From positions 1-64,000 of the forward strand of contig JBNRMN010000064.1 in NCBI GenBank assembly GCA_050309605.1: a stretch of 64,000 nucleotides of DNA, written 5' to 3'. Shown here piece after piece: positions 40,856-50,249 of the stretch. Both the position numbers and the translations under genes were made by a program. The notes below the pieces were generated by a model. That model saw nothing but the letters and a program-made list of their open reading frames with translations. It did not search any database and was not told the origin of the DNA. The DNA is from Anaerohalosphaeraceae bacterium. Its GTDB lineage: Bacteria > Planctomycetota > Phycisphaerae > Sedimentisphaerales > Anaerohalosphaeraceae. Each line of letters begins with the position of its first letter. Position 1 is the stretch's first letter.

Positions 40856-43576
40856 CTACCAAATATAGCGTTTTCCAATCTGTTGCGATTCCTCTTGAAG
40901 CGATTCGGCCAACCCTATTAGATCGTCTTTGTCAGGCGGGTTAAAGCCGGCCAGATAGCGCGCACCGATCAGCGCCGAGCCCAGACGATGAAGATAGCCG
41001 CTTTGTCGGGCCAGCTGTTGCCGATGGGTCTGAAACGACTCCAAAAATTCGCGAATGACCTGCTCAACCTGATCGCGAAACGCCGCGGAACGCCCAATTT
41101 GTGCCAGAGCGATCATAGCTGACGGATACGGGCGCTCCTCAAACGCCGCTTTGGCATAGTTCAAAATGTTCATCACGTGACGGGGGTCGTTGGTTTCAAA
41201 CGTCAGCCGCACCAGCGTCAGATTTTTAGAAAACTCATCGGGAAAGACGGCGCTGCCCTCCAGAATGGTATCGACGAGCTGTCGGCCCTGAGGGCTGTCG
41301 GTATCGACAATCAGATGCTGCATTTCATCCACAAAAGCCGTCTTCCAGTTCGGCGTGGCCATCAAGGCCCGCATAAAGGTTGAATCGATCTGCGAACGAG
41401 GCATCAGAGCAACCCAGACGTCGCGTTTTTTGAGGTCGTCATCCAGCCAGCGTCCGATTTGGCGCATTTGCTCGGCGTCGGGCGTTCTGCCGGAGCGCAG
41501 AATTTGCTCGGCAATCGGGCCGCCGGCAAAGATGTGCTGCCACAGCTTAAACGTATCATGGTCAAACGCCGCCTGAGCGCGTCCGTCCATAAAATGCTGA
41601 AGCGGCGTCTTGCCGGTATCGGGGTCGGGATGCTGGCCGAACGCCAGGCCGCCGCCTTCGGTCCAGTAATTAAAGATACGTCCGCTCAGATTATTGGCGT
41701 TGATGAAATCGCACACCTCAAACGGCTTTTGATGCGAATCGGTCATTCGCATAAACACCGAGTCGCGGATATCGTCGCGCGGCCACGGCGCAAGATAAAT
41801 GCGATAATACTTTGCCCCCCAATACAGCCCCAGACCGATCACCCCTGCCAGAGTTGTCAGCCAGGCGGTTTTTTGCCAGTTCAGAGGAATAACAGCCGGC
41901 TGAAGGGTTTGCGTTTGTTTCCAGCGGTACAAAGCCGTGACCATCTGCCAACTCTGGAGTGCAAACATAGCCAAGACCGGCGAGGCCGACGGGCCGGCAA
42001 TGGCGATAAACCGGCGGGACTGAAACGCCATGTACACCGTCAGTGCCCCGACGAGAATCAGGGCAATGTCGATTTTGGGCCAGCCTGCATCCGCCGGCGG
42101 AGGTCCGGCGGCTGTATGGCGCGGTCCTTTGCGCGCCGGACGCAGCGCGGGTTTGCGGGTATGCAGTATTGCCCAGACCGTCAGCAGCACCGCGGCGACA
42201 ATCAGCATCACAGCGAACGCTTCCTCATCGCCGACGGGGTTGGGTGTCTCTCGTGCCGGATCCATCCAATCGAAAGCGGGCCGCCACTCATTGACGGTAC
42301 GCCACGAGGCGGCGTGCTCGCTGATGCTGATCTCGAAGGTGTGCGTCAGGTTGGTTAATCGAAACGGGTTAAACACAACCATCGCCAAAAACGACACCGC
42401 CCCGGCTGCCAGAACGTGGCCGATGGTCTTGTTCGAAATCCGCACAAAGCGTTCTTTGCAGACGGCCAGCAAAACCACAATCAGCGCGCCCGAGGCCAGC
42501 AGCAGCAGGAAACCCGTTGTGTTGCTGATCATAAAATGGTCAAGGATGCGGCGAAACTGCGGATTGATATGCGGCGGGATGTCCAGTTGAAATCCCGCCA
42601 GAAGCACGACGGGAAAAACAAGACCTGCAACAATGTGGAACGTATAAAAAAGCCCCGCCGGAACACGCCGCACGGCAGCAAGACTGCACGCAACGACCGT
42701 CAGCACCACACCGCTCCAAAAAAAACCGTTGAGCAGGCTTATTTTTTCGTAATCCGCCTGCATAAACCGCATGGTTTCCAGATAGTAAGAATTGGTGTGA
42801 AATTTGTAGTAGAGCAGATACAGCGCCATCCACAATCCCGACAGTCCCAGTGCAATGGTCCATCGCCGCGGCAGATTCAGTAAGATATGTACCGCCACAA
42901 ACGGCGTCATCATGATATAAGCGTAGATATAGCCGCCGTGGACATTGGCCCAGAACACAATCAGCGGGATCATCAGCCAGATGATTTTGTGGTGTTTGTA
43001 ACAGCTCAACGCCAGCAGCAAAATAAACAGCGGTACCAGCAGATTGGAATAGCAGGCCGGACGGATATCATAAAATGACCGGCCGATGACCATTGCACCG
43101 CAGGCGGCAATCATCGACAGAAAATCCCCCGCGCCCAGCACCCTGCCCAGGGCATAGACCACAAAAATCGTGGTAATAAAAAGCGCGAATTTCCAATAGA
43201 CCAGCGCATTGTAATGCGGCTCCTGTTCGCCGCCGAACCACACGGCCAGCTTGTAAAACGTCAGATGTGTCAGCCAGTTTTGATTGATCCAGCCGGTCGG
43301 GTGCCAGAACCGAATCAGGCCGTGCGTCCACTCAGGCCAATCGGCAAGCTGCTCGTCGGTCGGGCCGGACAGATGGGAGTTGAAACTGAACGGCTCGACG
43401 GTATCCACGCCGTGGCCGGCAAAATGCCGCCCGCATGCCAGCGCAACCCACGTATCCCCGGCCGCAACCATGTGTGTCGAGGCATACACCCCGAACAGCA
43501 CAAGAGCGGCCAGAATGACCGGCTTTTTCCAGCGAATTTCCGGTTCCGTATTCAGGGGGTCGATTAGGTCAGCCAT
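40856..43576 (-). CDS. Large polytopic membrane protein, probable GT-C fold glycosyltransferase
   Basis: More than 12 TM segments; DTWVAL in the first loop, WANVHGG, EWRP; soluble C-domain with NYWTEGG and FMDGR. Confidence 0.65.
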   Translation of the reverse strand: MADLIDPLNTEPEIRWKKPVILAALVLFGVYASTHMVAAGDTWVALACGRHFAGHGVDTVEPFSFNSHLSGPTDEQLADWPEWTHGLIRFWHPTGWINQNWLTHLTFYKLAVWFGGEQEPHYNALVYWKFALFITTIFVVYALGRVLGAGDFLSMIAACGAMVIGRSFYDIRPACYSNLLVPLFILLLALSCYKHHKIIWLMIPLIVFWANVHGGYIYAYIMMTPFVAVHILLNLPRRWTIALGLSGLWMALYLLYYKFHTNSYYLETMRFMQADYEKISLLNGFFWSGVVLTVVACSLAAVRRVPAGLFYTFHIVAGLVFPVVLLAGFQLDIPPHINPQFRRILDHFMISNTTGFLLLLASGALIVVLLAVCKERFVRISNKTIGHVLAAGAVSFLAMVVFNPFRLTNLTHTFEISISEHAASWRTVNEWRPAFDWMDPARETPNPVGDEEAFAVMLIVAAVLLTVWAILHTRKPALRPARKGPRHTAAGPPPADAGWPKIDIALILVGALTVYMAFQSRRFIAIAGPSASPVLAMFALQSWQMVTALYRWKQTQTLQPAVIPLNWQKTAWLTTLAGVIGLGLYWGAKYYRIYLAPWPRDDIRDSVFMRMTDSHQKPFEVCDFINANNLSGRIFNYWTEGGGLAFGQHPDPDTGKTPLQHFMDGRAQAAFDHDTFKLWQHIFAGGPIAEQILRSGRTPDAEQMRQIGRWLDDDLKKRDVWVALMPRSQIDSTFMRALMATPNWKTAFVDEMQHLIVDTDSPQGRQLVDTILEGSAVFPDEFSKNLTLVRLTFETNDPRHVMNILNYAKAAFEERPYPSAMIALAQIGRSAAFRDQVEQVIREFLESFQTHRQQLARQSGYLHRLGSALIGARYLAGFNPPDKDDLIGLAESLQEESQQIGKRYIW

Positions 43577-44748
43577 TTCTGGATACGCGCTATACCTTTT
43601 TCAATCTGCTCCATCGAACAGGCAAAGCTCAGCCTGACATTATTGGGACAGCCGAACGGATCGCCCGGAACAACCGCAACCAGCGTCTGTTCGAGCAGCG
43701 CAGCGGCAAAATCCATACTGTTGGCGATCTTGGCTCCGCCGATAGTGCGTCCGTAGTGCGCCGAGACGTCGGGGAAACAGTAAAACGCCCCCTGCGGAGC
43801 GGCGCAGCGGATGCCGTCGATGGCGTTGAGTTTATCGGCCATAAACCGCCCGCGTTTTTCGAATTCCACGCGCATTTTTTCGACAGCGCCGGTTGTGTCT
43901 TTCAGGGCCGCAATCGCCGCCGGCTGCGTAAAGGTCACGGGATTCTGGGTCATATGATCCTGCATCCGCGACATGGCCTTCATCACGTCCTTCGGCCCGG
44001 CGGTATAGCCCAGCCGCCAGCCGGTCATCGAAAAGGACTTGCTCAGCCCGTTGATCGTCAGTGTGCGATTATAGGCATCCTCACTAATGGCGGCAAAACT
44101 AAGAAACTGCGTGCCGTCATAGACCAGCCGTTCGTAAATCTCATCGGACAGGACCATCACTTTTGTCCCCTCTAACACGGACGCCAAAGCCCGCAATTCG
44201 TCGGGACTGTAGCAAAAGCCGCCGGGATTGTTGGGCGAATTGAGCACCAGCAGAGCGGTCTTGTCGGTGATCGCGGTCTTCAGTTGATCGGGGGTAACTT
44301 TGTAGCCCGTCTCGGCGGAGGTTTCCAGAATGACCGCCTTGCCTCCGGCCAGCTTGGTGGTTTCCGGGTAGGTGACCCAATAGGGCGTCGGCAGCAACAC
44401 CTCATCGCCCGGGTCCAGCACCGTTTGCATCGTCATATAAACCGAATGCTTGGCGCCGATATTGACGACAATCTGCTCAAATGAGTAGTCCAGCCCGTTT
44501 TCCCGTTTCAATTTTTCGGCGATGGCCTTTCGCAGTTCCGGCGTGCCGGCGGCGGGGGTGTATTTGGTCTGGCCTTTTTTCAGGGCCTCAATGGCGACCT
44601 CTTTGATAAAGTCCGGCGTGTCAAAATCCGGTTCCCCGGCGGCAAATCCAAGAACATCCATCCCCTGAGCTTTCATTTCCTTGGCTCGACTGGTTACGGC
44701 AATGGTTGCTGACGGCGGTACGGCGGCGGCGCGCTGACTGACTTTCAT
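43564..44748 (-). CDS. aspC: Class I PLP-dependent (aspartate) aminotransferase
   Basis: GEPDFDTP, NSPNNPGG, SDEIY, SKSFSMTGWRLGY. Confidence 0.9.
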   Translation of the reverse strand: MKVSQRAAAVPPSATIAVTSRAKEMKAQGMDVLGFAAGEPDFDTPDFIKEVAIEALKKGQTKYTPAAGTPELRKAIAEKLKRENGLDYSFEQIVVNIGAKHSVYMTMQTVLDPGDEVLLPTPYWVTYPETTKLAGGKAVILETSAETGYKVTPDQLKTAITDKTALLVLNSPNNPGGFCYSPDELRALASVLEGTKVMVLSDEIYERLVYDGTQFLSFAAISEDAYNRTLTINGLSKSFSMTGWRLGYTAGPKDVMKAMSRMQDHMTQNPVTFTQPAAIAALKDTTGAVEKMRVEFEKRGRFMADKLNAIDGIRCAAPQGAFYCFPDVSAHYGRTIGGAKIANSMDFAAALLEQTLVAVVPGDPFGCPNNVRLSFACSMEQIEKGIARIQKWLT

Positions 44749-45097
44749 ACGGCTCTCAACCTTTCCTGGAAAAAGAGGGACAATATGTTTTTAATTCAAG
44801 ACATTCCGCAGTCCGGTATTAAACCACCCCGTCATCTGCCGGTCAAGTCAAATCCACCCAAAAAGTCTGTGGTTCGGGCCGTATTGAATTTAGGTATTGT
44901 CATCGGAATACTCTGAAATGTCGGTTTGTGTTACGCCTTGCGCATCCCCCCTCGAACGGGACACTTTGATGAACCGTCATCTTTATAGAAATGCGCATTG
45001 TGTGCACACAAGCGCGCCCTCCGGAACCTGTTCGGACAGTCCGGATACTCCCCCTGCCTGCTTCGGCCGCCGTGTCGCGTCGGCCATCCACATCACA

Positions 45098-45988
45098 TCA
45101 TAACATCGGCAAATAGCCGCGATTCATCCATTCCAAGTCGACGTTGTCCGGCTGTAAGCGAGTACTGATCTCTCCTTTCATGAGATCAAGCGTTCTCTTG
45201 TCTTCCCATCGCCGTTTTTCGGCGTGGCCGTCGGCAAACCCAAGCGTGCTTTGTTTATTATGATAATACGCCGGCCAATCCCACCACTGCCAGTAATTGT
45301 CGTTTTCCATCAGCACAAACCCGCCCTGGTTCCATCGCTGCTGCTTGACGGAGACGTCTTCTTCAACAAACACATATTTGTTGCCCGGCGAGCGAATATC
45401 TGTAAAACGAACGGCCACTTTCAGCTCGCGCGACCCGCTGCCGGGAAACTGCGCAACACGGTATTGTGATATAGTACCGTAAAGCCCCCCCGAACGCCCG
45501 TTAACTGCGAAGTCTTCGCCATTCATCAAGCCGGAAATCGCGTAGCTGCGGTACACATCAAACGGCGGCATTTCTCTCACGTTCGTCCGATCCCCCGGAC
45601 AATGATACAACTTGACATCGCCCGTGTAGGGGTACAATTTGCCGGCGCGAATGCCGTTGAGCCGATGTTCGAGTGTAATGGCATCATCGGCCGGGACGGG
45701 ATTGAATTCGGGGTTATCACTGTCTTGAAACAAAGGACGCTCTACCCACCGGTAAGGGGTAGGTCTGTTACCGGAATAATAGGTCGAACCGCCAACCAGC
45801 CGCCCGTCAAAATCGCCCTGATAGAGGTGCCAGGCAGTCGATAAGCCTTTTTGGTTGCTCAAACACACCGCGCCGGTGGCGATTTCTTTGGCCACACGCA
45901 GCGACGGGATAATAATCGAAAGCAACAAAGCGATAATGGCGATCACCACCAGCAGTTCGATTAACGTGAAAGCCCTTGTGCGTCTCAT
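45098..45988 (-). CDS. Prepilin-type N-terminal cleavage/methylation protein with H-X9-DG C-terminal motif
   Basis: AFTLIELLVVIAIIALL..IIPSL, CLSNQK, YHCPGD, HNKQSTLGFADGH. Confidence 0.9.
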   Translation of the reverse strand: MRRTRAFTLIELLVVIAIIALLLSIIIPSLRVAKEIATGAVCLSNQKGLSTAWHLYQGDFDGRLVGGSTYYSGNRPTPYRWVERPLFQDSDNPEFNPVPADDAITLEHRLNGIRAGKLYPYTGDVKLYHCPGDRTNVREMPPFDVYRSYAISGLMNGEDFAVNGRSGGLYGTISQYRVAQFPGSGSRELKVAVRFTDIRSPGNKYVFVEEDVSVKQQRWNQGGFVLMENDNYWQWWDWPAYYHNKQSTLGFADGHAEKRRWEDKRTLDLMKGEISTRLQPDNVDLEWMNRGYLPML

Positions 45989-46226
45989 ATTAGTCTCCTT
46001 TATAGAAGGAATTTACTGTTTCAAGAGACAGAACCCCTTGAATTCAACTTGCGCACGGATTATATGCTCTTTGTTTTTTATTATAGTCCAAACACCAAAT
46101 GCAAATCAACAAGAAAATGCCTTAAAAGCAAATTAAATTGAACTTAGCAATCGGTTTTTAGTATCCACAAGCGAATATTGGGTGTTATTTTTTGAAAAAA
46201 TCCGGTTTTCGACCAGTCATATTGAG

Positions 46227-49200
46227 TCATTTATTCGGGGCCTTTGCGACGGCGGCCTTGTGAAATTTGCGTTCCTGCATCAGGCAGAAAATGACGGGCA
46301 CGATCAGAATATTCGTAATCGCCACGACCATGCCGCCAAAGGACGGAATGGCCATCGGGATCATAATGTCGGCCCCCCTGCCGGACGAAGTCAGCACGGG
46401 CAGCAGGGCCAAAATCGTCGTGGCACTGGTCATCAGGGCTGGTCGGGCGCGGCGGTGGGCAGCCTCGATGACGGCGTTTCGGATTTGGCCGACGGCGACG
46501 GGAGTTTGCTGCCCATCGAAGCGCTGGGTCAGGTAGGTCATCATGAGGACGCCGTCGTCCGTGGCGATGCCGAACAGGGCCAAAAACCCCACCCAGACCG
46601 CCACACTGAGATTATACGGATGAATGTTAAGCAAATCGCGAAAATTCGTCCCCAACAGCGAAAAATCCATAAACCAGCTCTGATTATACAGCCAGAGCAT
46701 AATAAACCCGCCCGACCAGGCCGTGAAAATGCCGGTAAAGACCAGCAGCGTTCGCGGGACGGTGTGAAACTGGAAAAACAGAATAATGAAAATAACGCCC
46801 AGCGCCACCGGCAGCACCACGCGCAGCGTTTTTTGAGCGCGAACCTGATGTTCATACGTACCGGCGAAACGATAGCTCACCCCGGCGGGGATCTCCAACT
46901 GGCCGGCGTGGATTTTGTCGGCCAGAAAGTCAGCCGTCTGTTCGACGACATCCACTTCGGCAATGCCCTCCCGCCCGTCAAACAGTACATAACCGACCAG
47001 AAACGTATCTTCGCTTTTAATGACTTGCGGACCGCGGGTGTATTCGATGTCGGCAAGTTGAACCAGCGGAATCTGGACGCCGCCGGGGGCCGGTACCAGG
47101 ACGCGGCCGATGGCCGAGACCTCGTCGCGCAGCTCGCGCAGATAGCGTACGCGAACCGGATACCGCTCTCGCCCTTCCACCGTCATCGTGATGGGTTTTC
47201 CGCCGATGGCCACTTCGATGACCTGCTGAACATCATCAACGCGCAGGCCGTAGCGGGCAATGGCCTCTCGATCGATGCGAATCTCCAGATAAGGCTTGCC
47301 GACGATCCGGTCGGAAAAGACCGTTGACGGATCAATTGAGGGAACTTCTTTAAGCAATTCTTCCATCCGCAATCCGACGCGTTCGATGGTTTCAAGGTCA
47401 GGTCCGAAAATCTTGACGCCCATCGGGGCGCGCATCCCGGTCTGAAGCATCACCAGTCGGGTCTCAATGGGCTGGAGCAGCGGAGCGCTGGTCGTGCCGG
47501 GGATTTTGGCGACGCGAACGATTTCATCCCAGATGTCGCGCGGCGTTTCGATGTGGTCGCGCCATTGGCGAATCGCCCTGCCCTCTTCGTCGGTCACCAA
47601 TCGGCCGTGTTCGTCGCGTTTGTACTTGGTATGGTAGTCGATGACCGTCTCAATCATCGAAATCGGCGCCGGATCAAGCGGACTTTCGGCACGCCCGATT
47701 TTGCCGACGACGGTTTTGACCTCCGGTATGGAGGCAATCGCGGCGTCGATTTCCTGCAGGACATCCAGCGCCTCGCCGATGGAAGCGTGCGGCATTGTCG
47801 TGGGCATATACAGAAACGACCCTTCGTCCAGGGAGGGCATAAATTCGCGTCCCAGACTGCGCCACGCCGTCACGCCGGACAGCACCAGCACCGCCGCCAA
47901 GACAAGGAAGACCGTTTTGAACCGCAGACAGATTCCCAGTATTACCGGATACAAGCGATACACCAGATAAATCAATAACAGTAACACCGCCACAACCACC
48001 GCCACAAAAAGGATATTTTGTGCATTGCCCTTGTCCGGGCCGAGCGGCAGCCACTCTATGCCCAGCAGGACGGTAATTAAAACAACGGCAATCACGTCAA
48101 GGATGCGACCGCTCCATTTGGCTTTAAGCGAGGGATGTGTTTTGCGGCGGATTTTTTTATACAGCAGATACGCCAGCGGCGGAATGACAAACACCGCCGA
48201 AAACGCCGCGGCCAGCAAGGCGAAGGTTTTGGTATAGGCCAGCGGCTTGAAGAGTTTGCCTTCCGACCCGACCATCGTAAAGACCGGCAGAAAACTGACC
48301 ACGGTCGTGGCAATCGCCGCCAGTACCGCCGAACCGACTTCGACCGCAGCGCTGTGAATCACCTGGATATAGGATTCGTCCGGCCCGGCCTCATCCAGCT
48401 TGCGAACGATATTTTCACAAATCACAATCCCCATATCGACCATGGTGCCGATGGCGATGACAATGCCGGACAAGGCAACGATGTTGGCATCGATACCGAA
48501 TAACTTCATCGCGATAAAGCACATCAGCACCGACAGCGGCAGCAAACCGGAAATCAGAATCGAACTGCGAAAATTGCGCAGTAAAATAAGAATGACCAGT
48601 ACGGTAATCAGCACTTCGTGGGAAATCGCATCATAGAGCGTGCCGAGCGTTTCGTAAATCAGGCCGGTGCGGTCATAGAACGGTACAATCCGAACCTGAC
48701 TGACCGTCCCGTCGGGCAGTGTTTTTCGCGGCAGGCCTGGGGCGATCTCGGCGATTTTTTCTTTGACGTTTTGAATTACCGCCAGCGGATTTTCGCCGTA
48801 CCGCACTACGACGACGCCGCCGACAGCCTCGGCGCCGGCCTTGTCCAGTGCCCCGCGGCGCAGCGCCGGGCCATGCGACACACGAGCGATATCGCGGATG
48901 CGAATGCCGACATTATCCCGCATGGCGACGACGGTATTTTCGACATCTTCAAGGCTTTTGATGAATCCGATGCCGCGGATAAGGTACTCGGCGTTACTGA
49001 TTTCAATCGTCCGCGCGCCCACATCCCGATTGGACGCCTGCACGGCCTTGACAATATCGGTCAGCGCAATGCCGGCGGCGCGCATGGCGTCGGGGTCCAC
49101 GTCGATCTGATATTCACGAACAAAACCGCCGACCGAGGCGACCTCGGCAACGCCGCGTGCCGACTGAAGCGCATACCGCACGGTCCAGTCCTGAATGCTG

Positions 49201-49766
49201 CGCAGCTCGTCCAGATCCCAGCCGCCGGTCGGACGGCCGTTTTCGTCATGCCCTTCGAGCGTGTACCAGAAGACCTGTCCCAGCGCCGTCGCGTCCGGAC
49301 CGAGCATCGGCGTTACGCCGGGCGGCAGTGTGCCGGACGGCAGCGAATTCAGACGTTCAATGATCTTGGCGCGCGACCAGTCAAACTCCGCGTCCTCATC
49401 AAAAATCACAAAAATGCTCGAAAAGCCGAACATCGAAATGCTGCGAACGCTGCGCACCTTGGCCATGCCGAGCAGGTTGGCCGTTAGCGGATAGGATACC
49501 TGATCCTCAATATCCTGCGGACTGCGGCCGGGCCACTCGGTAAAGACAATCTGCTGGTTTTCGCCGATGTCGGGGATGGCGTCCACGCCAACGGGGGCGC
49601 GCTCAAGAAACGGGATGTCCCAGTCGAACGGCGCAAAGACCACGCCGGCCCATACAAAGCCGATCACGGCCAATATCATCACCAGCCGATTCGTTACGCA
49701 AAACCAAAACAACCCGGCCAGCAGCCCTTTTTCAGACGGTTTATCCTGTGTCGTCGGCACATTCAT
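46227..49766 (-). CDS. cusA: CusA/CzcA family heavy-metal efflux RND permease
   Basis: DAIPDIGENQQIVFTEWPGRSP, MPSLDEGSFLYMP, RARPALMT. Confidence 0.93.
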   Translation of the reverse strand: MNVPTTQDKPSEKGLLAGLFWFCVTNRLVMILAVIGFVWAGVVFAPFDWDIPFLERAPVGVDAIPDIGENQQIVFTEWPGRSPQDIEDQVSYPLTANLLGMAKVRSVRSISMFGFSSIFVIFDEDAEFDWSRAKIIERLNSLPSGTLPPGVTPMLGPDATALGQVFWYTLEGHDENGRPTGGWDLDELRSIQDWTVRYALQSARGVAEVASVGGFVREYQIDVDPDAMRAAGIALTDIVKAVQASNRDVGARTIEISNAEYLIRGIGFIKSLEDVENTVVAMRDNVGIRIRDIARVSHGPALRRGALDKAGAEAVGGVVVVRYGENPLAVIQNVKEKIAEIAPGLPRKTLPDGTVSQVRIVPFYDRTGLIYETLGTLYDAISHEVLITVLVILILLRNFRSSILISGLLPLSVLMCFIAMKLFGIDANIVALSGIVIAIGTMVDMGIVICENIVRKLDEAGPDESYIQVIHSAAVEVGSAVLAAIATTVVSFLPVFTMVGSEGKLFKPLAYTKTFALLAAAFSAVFVIPPLAYLLYKKIRRKTHPSLKAKWSGRILDVIAVVLITVLLGIEWLPLGPDKGNAQNILFVAVVVAVLLLLIYLVYRLYPVILGICLRFKTVFLVLAAVLVLSGVTAWRSLGREFMPSLDEGSFLYMPTTMPHASIGEALDVLQEIDAAIASIPEVKTVVGKIGRAESPLDPAPISMIETVIDYHTKYKRDEHGRLVTDEEGRAIRQWRDHIETPRDIWDEIVRVAKIPGTTSAPLLQPIETRLVMLQTGMRAPMGVKIFGPDLETIERVGLRMEELLKEVPSIDPSTVFSDRIVGKPYLEIRIDREAIARYGLRVDDVQQVIEVAIGGKPITMTVEGRERYPVRVRYLRELRDEVSAIGRVLVPAPGGVQIPLVQLADIEYTRGPQVIKSEDTFLVGYVLFDGREGIAEVDVVEQTADFLADKIHAGQLEIPAGVSYRFAGTYEHQVRAQKTLRVVLPVALGVIFIILFFQFHTVPRTLLVFTGIFTAWSGGFIMLWLYNQSWFMDFSLLGTNFRDLLNIHPYNLSVAVWVGFLALFGIATDDGVLMMTYLTQRFDGQQTPVAVGQIRNAVIEAAHRRARPALMTSATTILALLPVLTSSGRGADIMIPMAIPSFGGMVVAITNILIVPVIFCLMQERKFHKAAVAKAPNK

Positions 49767-49781
49767 AGATGCAACCTCAAC

Positions 49782-49927
49782 ATATCGACATCCGAAATCC
49801 GAACAGCGAAACACGTTCGAATATCAGAATGCTTCATGCTCAAATCAACGCCCCTGCTTATCTCTGTCTTTGGGGAGTTTAATCGTGTGATTTTGTTTCG
49901 TATTTCGTGTTTTGGGCTTCGACATTT
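49782..49927. repeat. Imperfect inverted heptamer-repeat element
   Basis: Left arm atatcga-catccga-aatccga-acagcga-aaca; right arm tgtt-tcgtatt-tcgtgtt-ttgggct-tcgacat. Confidence 0.6.
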
Positions 49928-50228
49928 ACTTTTGAAACTGCGGCAGCTTGTCCAGATACTTTTCCGGGTTGCTGGTAAATTCCGCTTCGCAGCCGGGACA
50001 GCAGAAATAAACTTTCTTGCCCTCGTACTCAACAAAGAGATTTTTGTTAATGGGGGCATCCATCACGGGACACATCGTCTGTTCAACGGCGTTTTTTGCT
50101 GATTGAGCCGCCTGATGAGCCATGTGGTCATGTCCGGCATGGTCGTCATTGTTTTTGCTGCAGCCGACAAACGTACCGACGGCAACCATCAGAGTCAATA
50201 CACCAAAAATTTTCATTGCTGTCTTCAT
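49926..50228 (-). CDS. YHS-domain lipoprotein (putative periplasmic metal chaperone)
   Basis: Lipobox FVGC, His-rich linker, CPVM...VYFCCPGC..F..NPEKY. Confidence 0.85.
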   Translation of the reverse strand: MKTAMKIFGVLTLMVAVGTFVGCSKNNDDHAGHDHMAHQAAQSAKNAVEQTMCPVMDAPINKNLFVEYEGKKVYFCCPGCEAEFTSNPEKYLDKLPQFQK

Positions 50229-50249
50229 TGTCGTATCCTTTCCATAACG

